A stretch of 64,000 nt of DNA, taken from Eledone cirrhosa (Eukaryota). A program made the position numbers and the translations under genes. How positions within the stretch are numbered: position 1 is the stretch's first letter; the number at the start of each line of letters is the position of its first letter. The DNA lies in NCBI GenBank assembly GCA_964016885.1, contig OZ024744.1:132618001-132682000 (forward strand), read 5' to 3'. Shown one piece after another: positions 46,498-61,255 of this stretch. The notes below the pieces were generated by a model, which did no database searches, was not told the origin of the DNA, and worked only from the letters and a program-made list of their open reading frames with translations.

Positions 46498-49400
46498 TTA
46501 GGTTTTTCGAAAACCTTATATAATCATTTTTATTTAGGTTCTTCGAAACACCTTATATAATCAATTTTTTTAGGTTTTTCGAAAAACCTTATATAATCAA
46601 TTTTTTAATACTTTTAGAAATATTTATATATGATTTCAAATATTGATTTTATTAGGTTTTTGGAATAATCAATTTTTTTTACGTTTTTCGAAAAATGTTA
46701 TATAATCAATTTTTTTTAGGTTTTTCGAATCAATTCAATTTTTATAATCAAATATTTTTAGGTTTTTAGAAAAACCTTATATAATCAAATTTTTTTAGGT
46801 TTTTCGAAAAACCTTATATAATTAATTTTTTTATACTTTTAGAAATATTTATATCTGATTTCAAATATTGGATTTTTTAGGTTTTTCGATAATCAATTTT
46901 TTTTAGATTTTTCGAAAAATCTTATATCAATTTTTTTACGTTTTTAGAAAGACCTTATATAATCAATTTTTTCATACTTTTAGAAATATTTATATCTGAT
47001 TTCAAATATTGATTTTTTTTTTAGGTTTTTCGAAATACCTTATATAATCAATTTTTTTTAGGTTTTTCAAATTACTTTATATAATCAATTTTTTTTATCT
47101 GATTTCAAATATTGATTTTTTAGCTTTTTCGACAAAATCTTATATAATCAATTTTTTTTAGGTTTTTCGAAAAAGAATGAATTTGAGTTCATAGTCGAAA
47201 TATATACTTCTGCATTAATCTTTTTACGTTTTTTTTATTTTTTTTAAAAAAACGTAAAAAATTAATGCTTTTACAAATCTTTTGAAATATTTACTTTCTA
47301 GTTTCAAATTTTGCAGATTAAATTTTTCTCGAAAAACCTAAAAAATCAGTTGTCGAAATCAGAAGTTAATATTTCGAAAAACGCAATTTGAAAAACTCAT
47401 ATTAATTTTCTTTCGAAAACATTATATAATCAATTTTTTAGAAATATTTATATCTGATTTCAAATATTGATTTTTTTAGGTTTTTCGAAAACCCTATATA
47501 ATCAATTTTTTTGTACTTTTAGAAATATCTATATCTGATTTCATGTATTGATTTTTTTATATTTTTCGAAAAATCTTATATAATCAATTTTTTTACGTTT
47601 TTAAAAAAACCTTATATAATCAATTTTTTTTAGGTTTTTCGAAAAACCTTATATAATCAATTTTTTTATGTTTTTTAGAAAAATCTTATATAATCAATTT
47701 TTTTACGTTTTTAGAAATATTTATATCTGATTTCAAATATTGATTTTTTTTAGATTTTTCGAAATACCTTATATAATCAATTTTTTTTAGGTTTTTCAAA
47801 TTACCTTATATAATCAATTTTTTTTATCTGATTTCAAATATTGATTTTTTTAGCTTTTTCGACAAAATCTTATATAATCAATTTTTTTTAGGTTTTTCGA
47901 AAAAGAATGAATTTGAGTTCATAGTCGAAATATATACTTCTGCATTAATCTTTTTACGTTTTTTTGATTTTTTTTAAAAAAACGTAAAAAATTAATGCTT
48001 TTACAAATCTTTTGAAATATTCACTTTCTAGTTTCAAATTTTGCAGATTAAATTTTTCTCGAAAAACCTAAAAAATCAGTTGTCGAAATCAGAAGTTAAT
48101 ATTTCGTAAAACGCAATTTGAAAAACTCATTAATTTTTTTTCGAAAACTTATTATATAATCAATTTTTTTATACTTTTAGAAATATTTATATCTGATTTC
48201 AAATATTGATTTTTTTAGGTTTTTCGAAAACCCTATATAATCAATTTTTTTGTACTTTTAGAAATATCTATATCTGATTTCATGTATTGATTTTTTTATA
48301 TTTTTCGAAAAAGCTTAGATAATCAATTTTTTTAGGTCTTTCGAAAACATTATATAATCAATTTTTTTTTAGGTTTTTCGAAAAAACCTTATATAATCAA
48401 TTTTTTTTAGGTTTTTCAAATATTGATTTTTTTAGCTTTTTCGACAAAATCTTATATAATCAATTTTTTTTAGGTTTTTCGAAAAAGAATGAATTTGAGT
48501 TCATAGTCGAAATATATACTTCTGCATTAATCTTTTTACGTTTTTTTGATTTTTTTAAAAAAACGTAAAAAATTAATGCTTTTACAAATCTTTTGAAATA
48601 TTTACTTTCTAGTTTCAAATTTTGCAGATTAAATTTTTCTCGAAAAACCTAAAAAATCAGTTGTCGAAATCAGAAGTTAATATTTCGAAAAACGCAATTT
48701 GAAAAACTCATATTAATTTTTTTTCGAAAACATTATATAATCAATTTTTTAGAAATATTTATATCTGATTTCAAATATTGATTTTTTTAGGTTTTTCGAA
48801 AACCCTATATAATCAATTTTTTTGTACTTTTAGAAATATCTATATCTGATTTCATGTATTGATTTTTTTATATTTTTCGAAAAAGCTTAGATAATCAATT
48901 TTTTTAGGTCTTTCGAAAACCTTATATAATCAATTTTTTTTTAGGTTTTTCGAAAAAACCTTATATGATCAATTTTTTTTAGGTTTTTTCTAAAAATCTT
49001 ATATAATCAATTTTTTTTAGGTTTTTCGAAAAACCTTATATAATCAATTTTTTTTGTTTTTTCGAAAAATCTTATATAATTAATTTTTTTACGTTTTTAG
49101 AAATATTTATATCTGATTTCAAATATTGATTTTTTTTAGATTTTTCGAAATACCTTATATAATCAATTTTTTTTAGGTTTTTCAAATTACCTTATATAAT
49201 CAATTTTTTTTATCAGATTTCAAATATTGATTTTTTTAGCTTTTTCGACAAAATCTTATATAATCAATTTTTTTTAGGTTTTTCGAAAAAGAATGAATTT
49301 GAGTTCATAGTCGAAATATATACTTCTGCATTTTTACGTTTTTTTGATTTTTTTTAAAAAAACGTAAAAAATTAATGCTTTTACAAATCTTTTGAAATAT

Positions 49401-50723
49401 TTACTTTCTAGTTTCAAATTTTGCAGATTAAATTTTTCTCGAAAAACCTAAAAAATCAGTTGTCGAAATCAGAAGTTAATATTTCGAAAAACGCAATTTG
49501 AAAAACTCATATTAATTTTTTTTCGAAAACATTATATAATCAATTTTTTAGAAATATTTATATCTGATTTCAAATATTGATTTTTTTAGGTTTTTCGAAA
49601 ACCCTATATAATCAATTTTTTTGTACTTTTAGAAATATCTATATCTGATTTCATGTATTGATTTTTTTATATTTTTAGAAAAAGCTTAGATAATCAATTT
49701 TTTTAGGTCTTTCGAAAACCTTATATAATCAATTTTTTTTTAGGTTTTTCGAAAAAACCTTATATAATCATTATTTTTTAGGCTTTTTCGAAAAATCTTA
49801 TATAATCAATTTTTTTACGTTTTTCGAAAAAACTTATATAATCAATTTTTTTTAGGTTTTTCAAAAAACCTTATATAATCAATTTTTTTTAGGTTTTTCG
49901 AAAAACCTTATATAATCAATTTTTTTTGTTTTTTCAAAAAATCTTATATAATCAATTTTTTTACGTTTTTAGAAATATTTATATCTTATTTCAAATATTG
50001 ATTTTTTTTAGATTTTTCGAAATACCTTATATAATCAATTTTTTTTAGGTTTTTCAAATTACCATAAGGTAATTTGAAAAACCTAAAAAAAATTGATCTG
50101 ATTTCAAATATTGATTTTTTTAGCTTTTTCGACAAAATCTTATATAATCAATTTTTTTTAGGTTTTTCGAAAAAGAATGAATTTGAGTTCATAGTCGAAA
50201 TATATACTTCTGCATTAATCTTTTTACGTTTTTTTGAAAAAATTAATGCTTTTACAAATCTTTTGAAATATTTACTTTCTAGTTTCAAATTTTGCAGATT
50301 AAATTTTTCTCGAAAAACCTAAAAAATCAGTTGTCGAAATCAGAAGTTAATATTTCGTAAAACGCAATTTGAAAAACTCATATTAATTTTTTTTCGAAAA
50401 CTTATTATATAATCAATTTTTTTATACTTTTAGAAATATTTATATCTGATTTCAAATATTGATTTTTTTAGGTTTTTCGAAAACCCTATATAATCAATTT
50501 TTTTGTACTTTTAGAAATATCTATATCTGATTTCATGTATTGATTTTTTTATATTTTTCGAAAAGGCTTAGATAATCAATTTTTTTTAGGTTTTTTCGAA
50601 AAATCTTATATAATCAATTTTTTTACGTTTTTAGAAATATTTATATCTGATTTCAAATATTGATTTTTTTTAGATTTTTCGAAATACCTTATATAATCAA
50701 TTTTTTTTAGGTTTTTCAAATTA
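46498..50723 (+). repeat. Satellite A block A5 (4226 bp, 5 modules)
   Basis: Same length and module order as A3. Confidence 0.95.
50034..50097. repeat. Perfect inverted repeat, 30-bp arms (A5)
   Basis: CAAATTACC-ATAA-GGTAATTTG core with full arms. Confidence 0.92.
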
Positions 50724-53700
50724 CCCCGACTTAACCCCGACTTAACTTAACCCCAACTTAACTTAACCCCAACTTAACTTAACCCCAACTTGACTTAACC
50801 CCAACATAACTCACACCCAACTTAACTTACCCCCAACTTAACTTAACCCCAACTTGACTTAACCCCAACTTAACTTAACCCCAACTTAACTTAACGCCAA
50901 AGTCGGAGTTAAGTTAAGTTGGGGTTAAGCTAAGTTGGGGGTAAGTTAAGTTGAGGGTAAGTTAAATTGGGGTTAAGTTAAGTTGGGGTTGAGTGAAGTT
51001 GGGGTTAAGTTAAGTTGGGGTTAAGTTAAGTTAGGGTTAATTTAAGTTGGGGTTAAGTTAAGTTGGGGTTAACTTAAGTTGGGGTTAAGTTAAGTTGGGG
51101 TTAATTTAGGTTGGGGTTAAGTTAAGTTGGGGTTAAGATAAGTTGGGGTTAAGTTAAATTGAGATTAAGTTAACTTGGGTTTGAGTTAAGTTGGGGATAA
51201 GTCAAGTGGTGGTTATGTTAAGTTGGGGTTAAGTTAAGTTGGGGTTAAATTAAGTTGGGGTTAAGTTAAGTTGGGTGTAAGCTAAGTTGGGGTTGAGTGA
51301 AGTTGGGGTTAAGTTAAGTTGGGGTTAAGTAGAGTTGGGGTTAAGTTAAGTTGGGGTTAAGTTAAGTTGGTGTTAAGTTGGGGTTAAGTTAAGTTGGGGT
51401 TAAGTTAAGTTGGGGTTGAGTGAAGTTGGGGTTAAGTTAAGTTGGGGTTAAATTAAGTTGGGGTTAACTTAAGTTGGGTTTAAGTTAAGTTGCGGTTAAG
51501 TTAAGTTGGGGTTAAGTTAAGTTGGGGTTAAGTTAAGTCGGGGTTAAGTTAAGTTGGGGTTGAGTTAAGTTGGGGTTATTTTAAGTTGAGGTTATGTTAA
51601 GTTGGGGTTAATTTAAGTTGGGGTTAAGTTAAGTTGGGGTTAATTTAAGTTGGGGTTAAGTTCAGTTGGGGTTAATTTAAGTTGGGGTTAAGTTAAGTTG
51701 GGTTTAAGTTAAGTTGGGGTTAAGTTAAGTTGGGGTTAAGTTAAGTTGGGTTTAAGTTAAGTTGGGGCTAAGTTAAGTTGGGTCTAATTTGAGTTGGGGT
51801 TAAGTTAAGTTGGGGTTAAGTTAAGTTGAGGTTAAATTAAGTTGGGGTTAATTAAGTTGGGGTTAAGTTAAGTTGGGGTTAAGTTAAGTTGAGGTTAAGT
51901 TAACTTGGGGTTAAGTTAAGTTGGGGTTAAGTTAAGTTGGGGTTGAGTTAAGTTGGGGTTGGGTTAAGTTGGGGTTAAGTTAAGTTGGGGTTAAGTTAAG
52001 TTGGGGTTAAGTTAAGTTGGGGTTAATTTAAGTTCGGGTTAAGTTAAGTTCGGGGTAAGCTAAGTTGGGGTTCAGTTAAATCGGGTCTAAGTTAAGTGGG
52101 AGGTTAAGTTAAGTTGGGGTTGAGTTAAGTTGTGGTTAATTTAACTTGGGGTTAAGTTAAGTTAAGTTTGAGTTAAGTTGGGGTTAAGTTGGGGTTAAGT
52201 TACGTTGGGGTTAAGTTAAGTTGGGGTTAAGTTAAGTTGGGGTTGAGTTAAGTTGGGGTTAATTTAAGTTGGGGTTAAGTTAAGTTGGGGTTAAGTTAAG
52301 TTGGGTTTAAGTTAAGTTGGGGTTAAATTAAGTGGGGGTTAAATTAAAGTGGGGTTAAGTTAAGTTGGGGGTAAGTTAAGTTGGGGGCAAGTTAAGTTGG
52401 TGTTAAGTTAAGTTGGGGTTAAGTTAAGTTGGGGTTAAGTTAAGTTGGGTTAAATTAAGTTGGGACTAAGTTAAGTTAGGGCTAAGTTCAGTTGGGGTAA
52501 AGTTAAGTTGGGGCTAAGTTAAGTTGGGTATAAGTTGAGTTGGGGTTAAGTTAAGTTGGGGTTAAGTTAAGTTGGGGTTAAGTTAAGTTGGGGTTAAGTT
52601 AAGTTGGGTTTAAGTTAAGTTGGGGTTAAATTAAGTGGGGGTTAAATTAAAGTGGGGTTAAGTTAAGTTGGGGGTAAGTTAAGTTGGGGGCAAGTTAAGT
52701 TGGTGTTAAGTTAAGTTGGGGTTAAGTTAAGTTGGGGTTAAGTTAAGTTGGGTTAAATTAAGTTGGGACTAAGTTAAGTTAGGGCTAAGTTCAGTTGGGG
52801 TAAAGTTAAGTTGGGGCTAAGTTAAGTTGGGTATAAGTTGAGTTGGGGTTAAGTTAAGTTGGGGTTAAGTTAAGTTGGGGTTAAATTAAGTTGGGGTTAA
52901 TTAAGTTGGGGTTAAGTTAAGTTGGGGTTAAGTTAAGTTGGGGTTAATTTAAGTTGGGGTTGTGTTAATTTGGGGTTAAGTTAAGTTGGGGTTATATTAA
53001 GTTGGGTTTAAGTTAAGTTGGGGTTAAGTTAAGTTGGGGTTAAGTTAAGTTAGGGTTAATTTAAGTTGGGGTTATGTTAAGTTGGGGTTAAGTTAAGTTG
53101 GGGTTAAGTAGAGTTGGGGTTAATTTAAGTTGGGGTTAAGTTAAGTTGGTGTTAAGTTGGGGTTAAGTTAAGTTGGGGTTAAGTTGGGGTTAAGTTGAGT
53201 GGTGGTTATGTTAAGTTGGGGTTAAGTTAAGTTGGGGTTAATTTAAATTGGGGCTAAGTTAACTTTGTGGTTAAGTTAAGTTGGAGTTAAGTTGGGGTTA
53301 AGTTAAGTTGGGGTTGAGTGAAGTTGGGGTTAAGTTAAGTTGGGGTTAACTTAAGTTGGGGTTAAGTTAAGTTGGGGTTAAATTAAGTTGGGGTTAAATT
53401 AAGGTGGGGTTAAGTTAAGTTGGGGGTAAGTTAAGTTGGGGGCAAGTTAAGTTGGTGTTAAGTTAAGTTGGGGTTAAGTTAAGTTGGGGTTAAGTTAAGT
53501 TGGGTTTAAGTTAAGTTGGGACTAAGTTAAGTTAGGGCTAAGTTAAGTTGGGGTTAAGTTAAGTTGGGGCTAAGTTAAGTTGGGTCTAAGTTGAGTGGTG
53601 GTTATGTTAAGTTGGGGTTAAGTTAAGTTGGGGTTAATTTAAATTGGGGTTAAGTTAAGTTGGGGTTAAGTTAAGTTGGGGTTAAATTAAGTTGGGGTTA

Positions 53701-54614
53701 ATTAAGTTGTGGTTAAGTTAAGTTGGGGTTAAGTTAAGTTGGGGTTAATTTAAGTTGGGGTTGTGTTAAGTTGGGGTTAAGTTAAGTTGGGGATAAGTTA
53801 AGTTGGGGTTAAGTTAAGTTGGGGGTAAGTTAAGTTGGTGGTAAGTTAAGTTGGGGTTAAGTTAAGTTGGGGTTAATTTAAATTGGGGTTAATTTAACTT
53901 TGTGGTTAAGTTAAGTTGGGGTTTATTTAAGTTGGGTTTAAGTTAAGTTGGGGTTGAGTTAAGTTGGGGTTGAGTGAAGTTGGGGTTAAGTTAAGTCGGG
54001 GTTAATTTAAGTTGGGGTTGAGTTAAGTCGGGGCTAATTTAAGTTGGGGCTAAGTTAATTTGTGGTTAAGTTAAGTTGGGGTTAAGTTAAGTTGGGGTTA
54101 AGTTAAGTTGGGGGTAAGTTAAGTTGGGGGCAAGATAAGTTGGGGTTAAGTTAAGTTGCGGTTAAGTTAAGTTGGGGTTAATTTAAGTTGGGTTTAAGTT
54201 AAGTTGGGGTTCAGTTAAGTTGGGGTTAATTTAAGTTGGGGTTAAGTTAAGTTGGGGTTGAGTTAAGTTGGGGTTTAATTAAGTTGGGGTTGAGTTAAGT
54301 TGGGGTTGAGTTAAGTGGGGGTTGAGTTAAGTTGGGGTTAAGCTAAGTTGGGGTTAAGTTAAATTGAGGTTAAGTTAACTTGGGTTTGAGTTAAGTTGGG
54401 GTTAAGTTAAGTTGGTGTTAAGTTCAGTTCAGGTTAAGTTAACTTGGGGTTAAGTTAAGTTGGGGTTGAGTTAAGTTGGGGTTGAGTTAAGTTGGGGTTA
54501 AGTTAAGTTGGGGTTAACTTAAGTTGGGGTTAAGTTAAGTTGGGGTTAATTTAAGTTGGGGTTCAGTTAAATTGAGGTTAAGATAACTTGGGTTTGCGTT
54601 AAGATGGGGTTAAG
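50724..54614 (+). repeat. Satellite B block B5, short type (3891 bp); inverted island 50724-50900
   Basis: Same variant order as B2/B3; pivot at 50899. Confidence 0.95.
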
Positions 54615-57600
54615 TTAGGTTTTTCGAAAACCTTATATAATCATTTTTATTTAGGTTCTTCGAAACACCTTATATAATCAATTTTTTTAGGTTTTTCGAA
54701 AAACCTTATATAATCAATTTTTTAATACTTTTAGAAATATTTATATATGATTTCAAATATTGATTTTATTAGGTTTTTGGAATAATCAATTTTTTTTACG
54801 TTTTTCGAAAAATGTTATATAATCAATTTTTTTTAGGTTTTTCGAATCAATTCAATTTTTATAATCAAATATTTTTAGGTTTTTAGAAAAACCTTATATA
54901 ATCAAATTTTTTTAGGTTTTTCGAAAAACCTTATATAATTAATTTTTTTATACTTTTAGAAATATTTATATCTGATTTCAAATATTGGATTTTTTAGGTT
55001 TTTCGATAATCAATTTTTTTTAGATTTTTCGAAAAATCTTATATCAATTTTTTTACGTTTTTAGAAAGACCTTATATAATCAATTTTTTCATACTTTTAG
55101 AAATATTTATATCTGATTTCAAATATTGATTTTTTTTTTAGGTTTTTCGAAATACCTTATATAATCAATTTTTTTTAGGTTTTTCAAATTACTTTATATA
55201 ATCAATTTTTTTTATCTGATTTCAAATATTGATTTTTTAGCTTTTTCGACAAAATCTTATATAATCAATTTTTTTTAGGTTTTTCGAAAAAGAATGAATT
55301 TGAGTTCATAGTCGAAATATATACTTCTGCATTAATCTTTTTACGTTTTTTTTATTTTTTTTAAAAAAACGTAAAAAATTAATGCTTTTACAAATCTTTT
55401 GAAATATTTACTTTCTAGTTTCAAATTTTGCAGATTAAATTTTTCTCGAAAAACCTAAAAAATCAGTTGTCGAAATCAGAAGTTAATATTTCGAAAAACG
55501 CAATTTGAAAAACTCATATTAATTTTCTTTCGAAAACATTATATAATCAATTTTTTAGAAATATTTATATCTGATTTCAAATATTGATTTTTTTAGGTTT
55601 TTCGAAAACCCTATATAATCAATTTTTTTGTACTTTTAGAAATATCTATATCTGATTTCATGTATTGATTTTTTTATATTTTTCGAAAAATCTTATATAA
55701 TCAATTTTTTTACGTTTTTAAAAAAACCTTATATAATCAATTTTTTTTAGGTTTTTCGAAAAACCTTATATAATCAATTTTTTTATGTTTTTTAGAAAAA
55801 TCTTATATAATCAATTTTTTTACGTTTTTAGAAATATTTATATCTGATTTCAAATATTGATTTTTTTTAGATTTTTCGAAATACCTTATATAATCAATTT
55901 TTTTTAGGTTTTTCAAATTACCTTATATAATCAATTTTTTTTATCTGATTTCAAATATTGATTTTTTTAGCTTTTTCGACAAAATCTTATATAATCAATT
56001 TTTTTTAGGTTTTTCGAAAAAGAATGAATTTGAGTTCATAGTCGAAATATATACTTCTGCATTAATCTTTTTACGTTTTTTTGATTTTTTTTAAAAAAAC
56101 GTAAAAAATTAATGCTTTTACAAATCTTTTGAAATATTCACTTTCTAGTTTCAAATTTTGCAGATTAAATTTTTCTCGAAAAACCTAAAAAATCAGTTGT
56201 CGAAATCAGAAGTTAATATTTCGTAAAACGCAATTTGAAAAACTCATTAATTTTTTTTCGAAAACTTATTATATAATCAATTTTTTTATACTTTTAGAAA
56301 TATTTATATCTGATTTCAAATATTGATTTTTTTAGGTTTTTCGAAAACCCTATATAATCAATTTTTTTGTACTTTTAGAAATATCTATATCTGATTTCAT
56401 GTATTGATTTTTTTATATTTTTCGAAAAAGCTTAGATAATCAATTTTTTTAGGTCTTTCGAAAACATTATATAATCAATTTTTTTTTAGGTTTTTCGAAA
56501 AAACCTTATATAATCAATTTTTTTTAGGTTTTTCAAATATTGATTTTTTTAGCTTTTTCGACAAAATCTTATATAATCAATTTTTTTTAGGTTTTTCGAA
56601 AAAGAATGAATTTGAGTTCATAGTCGAAATATATACTTCTGCATTAATCTTTTTACGTTTTTTTGATTTTTTTAAAAAAACGTAAAAAATTAATGCTTTT
56701 ACAAATCTTTTGAAATATTTACTTTCTAGTTTCAAATTTTGCAGATTAAATTTTTCTCGAAAAACCTAAAAAATCAGTTGTCGAAATCAGAAGTTAATAT
56801 TTCGAAAAACGCAATTTGAAAAACTCATATTAATTTTTTTTCGAAAACATTATATAATCAATTTTTTAGAAATATTTATATCTGATTTCAAATATTGATT
56901 TTTTTAGGTTTTTCGAAAACCCTATATAATCAATTTTTTTGTACTTTTAGAAATATCTATATCTGATTTCATGTATTGATTTTTTTATATTTTTCGAAAA
57001 ATCTTATATAATCAATTTTTTTACGTTTTTAGAAAAACCTTATATAATCAATTTTTTTTAGGTTTTTCGAAAAACCTTATATAATCAATTTTTTTATGTT
57101 TTTTCGAAAAATCTTATATAATCAATTTTTTTACGTTTTTAGAAATATTTATATCTGATTTCAAATATTGATTTTTTTTAGATTTTTCGAAATACCTTAT
57201 ATAATCAATTTTTTTTAGGTTTTTCAAATTACCTTATATAATCAATTTTTTTTATCAGATTTCAAATATTGATTTTTTTAGCTTTTTCGACAAAATCTTA
57301 TATAATCAATTTTTTTTAGGTTTTTCGAAAAAGAATGAATTTGAGTTCATAGTCGAAATATATACTTCTGCATTAATCTTTTTACGTTTTTTTGATTTTT
57401 TTTAAAAAAACGTAAAAAATTAATGCTTTTACAAATCTTTTGAAATATTTACTTTCTAGTTTCAAATTTTGCAGATTAAATTTTTCTCGAAAAACCTAAA
57501 AAATCAGTTGTCGAAATCAGAAGTTAATATTTCGAAAAACGCAATTTGAAAAACTCATATTAATTTTTTTTCGAAAACATTATATAATCAATTTTTTTTT

Positions 57601-60600
57601 AGGTTTTTCGAAAAAACCTTATATAATCAATTCTTTTTTTGGTTTTTTCGAAAAATCTTATATAATCAATTTTTTTACGTTTTTAGAAAAACCTTATATA
57701 ATCAATTTTTTTTAGATTTTTCAAAAAACCTTATATAATCAATTTTTTTTAGGTTTTTCGAAAAACCTTATATAATCAATTTTTTTTGTTTTTTTGAAAA
57801 ATCTTATATAATCAATTTTTTTACGTTTTTAGAAATATTTATATCTGATTTCAAATATTGATTTTTTTTAGGTTTTTCGAATTACCTTATATAATCAATT
57901 CTTTTTTTGGTTTTTTCGAAAAATCTTATATAATCAATTTTTTTACGTTTTTAGAAAAACCTTATATAATCAATTTTTTTTAGATTTTTCAAAAAACCTT
58001 ATATAATCAATTTTTTTTGTTTTTTTGAAAAATCTTATATAATCAATTTTTTTACGTTTTTAGAAATATTTATATCTGATTTAAAATATTGATTTTTTTT
58101 AGATTTTTCGAAACACCTTATATAATCAATTTTTTTTAGGTTTTTCAAATTACCTTATATAATCAATTTTTTTTATCTGATTTCAAATATTGATTTTTTT
58201 AGCTTTTTCGACAAAATCTTATATAATCAATTTTTTTTAGGTTTTTCGAAAAAGAATGAATTTGAGTTCATAGTCGAAATATATACTTCTGCATTAATCT
58301 TTTTACGTTTTTTTTATTTTTTTTAAAAAAACGTAAAAAATTAATGCTTTTACAAATCTTTTGAAATATTCACTAGTTTCAAATTTTGCAGATTAAATTT
58401 TTCTCGAAAAACCTAAAAAATCAGTTGTCGAAATCAGAAGTTAATATTTCGTAAAACGCAATTTGAAAAACTCATTAATTTTTTTTCGAAAACTTATTAT
58501 ATAATCAATTTTTTTATACTTTTAGAAATATTTATATCTGATTTCAAATATTGATTTTTTTAGGTTTTTCGAAAACCCTATATAATCAATTTTTTTGTAC
58601 TTTTAGAAATATCTATATCTGATTTCATGTATTGATTTTTTTATATTTTTCGAAAAAGCTTAGATAATCAATTTTTTTAGGTCTTTCGAAAACCTTATAT
58701 AATCAATTTTTTTTTAGGTTTTTCGAAAAAACCTTATATGATCAATTTTTTTTAGGTTTTTTCTAAAAATCTTATATAATCAATTTTTTTTAGGTTTTTC
58801 GAAAAACCTTATATAATCAATTTTTTTTGTTTTTTCGAAAAATCTTATATAATTAATTTTTTTACGTTTTTAGAAATATTTATATCTGATTTCAAATATT
58901 GATTTTTTTTAGATTTTTCGAAATACCTTATATAATCAATTCTTTTTAGGTTTTTCAAATTACCTTATATAATCAATTTTTTTTATCAGATTTCAAATAT
59001 TGATTTTTTTAGCTTTTTCGACAAAATCTTATATAATCAATTTTTTTTAGGTTTTTCGAAAAAGAATGAATTTGAGTTCATAGTCGAAATATATACTTCT
59101 GCATTAATCTTTTTACGTTTTTTTTATTTTTTTTAAAAAAACGTAAAAAATTAATGCTTTTACAAATCTTTTGAAATATTCACTAGTTTCAAATTTTGCA
59201 GATTAAATTTTTCTCGAAAAACCTAAAAAATCAGTTGTCGAAATCAGAAGTTAATATTTCGTAAAACGCAATTTGAAAAACTCATTAATTTTTTTTCGAA
59301 AACTTATTATATAATCAATTTTTTTATACTTTTAGAAATATTTATATCTGATTTCAAATATTGATTTTTTTAGGTTTTTCGAAAACCCTATATAATCAAT
59401 TTTTTTGTACTTTTAGAAATATCTATATCTGATTTCATGTATTGATTTTTTTATATTTTTCGAAAAAGCTTAGATAATCAATTTTTTTAGGTCTTTCGAA
59501 AACCTTATATAATCAATTTTTTTTTAGGTTTTTCGAAAAAACCTTATATGATCAATTTTTTTTAGGTTTTTTCTAAAAATCTTATATAATCAATTTTTTT
59601 TAGGTTTTTCGAAAAACCTTATATAATCAATTTTTTTTGTTTTTTCGAAAAATCTTATATAATTAATTTTTTTACGTTTTTAGAAATATTTATATCTGAT
59701 TTCAAATATTGATTTTTTTTAGATTTTTCGAAATACCTTATATAATCAATTTTTTTTAGGTTTTTCAAATTACCTTATATAATCAATTTTTTTTATCAGA
59801 TTTCAAATATTGATTTTTTTAGCTTTTTCGACAAAATCTTATATAATCAATTTTTTTTAGGTTTTTCGAAAAAGAATGAATTTGAGTTCATAGTCGAAAT
59901 ATATACTTCTGCATTTTTACGTTTTTTTGATTTTTTTTAAAAAAACGTAAAAAATTAATGCTTTTACAAATCTTTTGAAATATTTACTTTCTAGTTTCAA
60001 ATTTTGCAGATTAAATTTTTCTCGAAAAACCTAAAAAATCAGTTGTCGAAATCAGAAGTTAATATTTCGAAAAACGCAATTTGAAAAACTCATATTAATT
60101 TTTTTTCGAAAACATTATATAATCAATTTTTTAGAAATATTTATATCTGATTTCAAATATTGATTTTTTTAGGTTTTTCGAAAACCCTATATAATCAATT
60201 TTTTTGTACTTTTAGAAATATCTATATCTGATTTCATGTATTGATTTTTTTATATTTTTCGAAAAATCTTATATAATCAATTTTTTTACGTTTTTAGAAA
60301 AACCTTATATAATCAATTTTTTTTGTTTTTTCTAAAAATCTTATATAATCAATTTTTTTTAGGTTTTTCGAAAAACCTTATATAATCAATTTTTTTATGT
60401 TTTTTCGAAAAATCTTATATAATTAATTTTTATACGTTTTTAGAAATATTTATATCTGATTTCAAATATTGATTTTTTTTAGATTTTTCGAAATACCTTA
60501 TATAATCAATTTTTTTTAGGTTTTTCAAATTACCTTATATAATCAATTTTTTTTATCTGATTTCAAATATTGATTTTTTTAGCTTTTTCGACAAAATCTT

Positions 60601-61255
60601 ATATAATCAATTTTTTTTAGGTTTTTCGAAAAAGAATGAATTTGAGTTCATAGTCGAAATATATACTTCTGCATTAATCTTTTTACGTTTTTTTGAAAAA
60701 ATTAATGCTTTTACAAATCTTTTGAAATATTTACTTTCTAGTTTCAAATTTTGCAGATTAAATTTTTCTCGAAAAACCTAAAAAATCAGTTGTCGAAATC
60801 AGAAGTTATATCTCGTAAAACGCAATTTGAAAAACTCATATTAATTTTTTTTCGAAAACTTATTATATAATCAATTTTTTTATACTTTTAGAAATATTTA
60901 TATCTGATTTCAAATATTGATTTTTTTAGGTTTTTCGAAAACCCTATATAATCAATTTTTTTGTACTTTTAGAAATATCTATATCTGATTTCATGTATTG
61001 ATTTTTTTATATTTTTCGAAAAAGCTTAGATAATCAATTTTTTTAGGTCTTTCGAAAACCTTATATAATCAATTTTTTTTTAGGTTTTTCGAAAAAACCT
61101 TATATAATCAATTTTTTTTAGGTTTTTTCGAAGTATCTTATATAATCAATTTTTTTACGTTTTTAGAAATATTTATATCTGATTTCAAATATTGATTTTT
61201 TTTAGATTTTTCGAAATACCTTATATAATCAATTTTTTTTAGGTTTTTCAAATTA
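54615..61255 (+). repeat. Satellite A block A6 (~6.6 kb, 8 modules; no 30-bp hairpin)
   Basis: Same junctions; eight landmark copies; no ACCATAAGGT motif seen. Confidence 0.95.
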
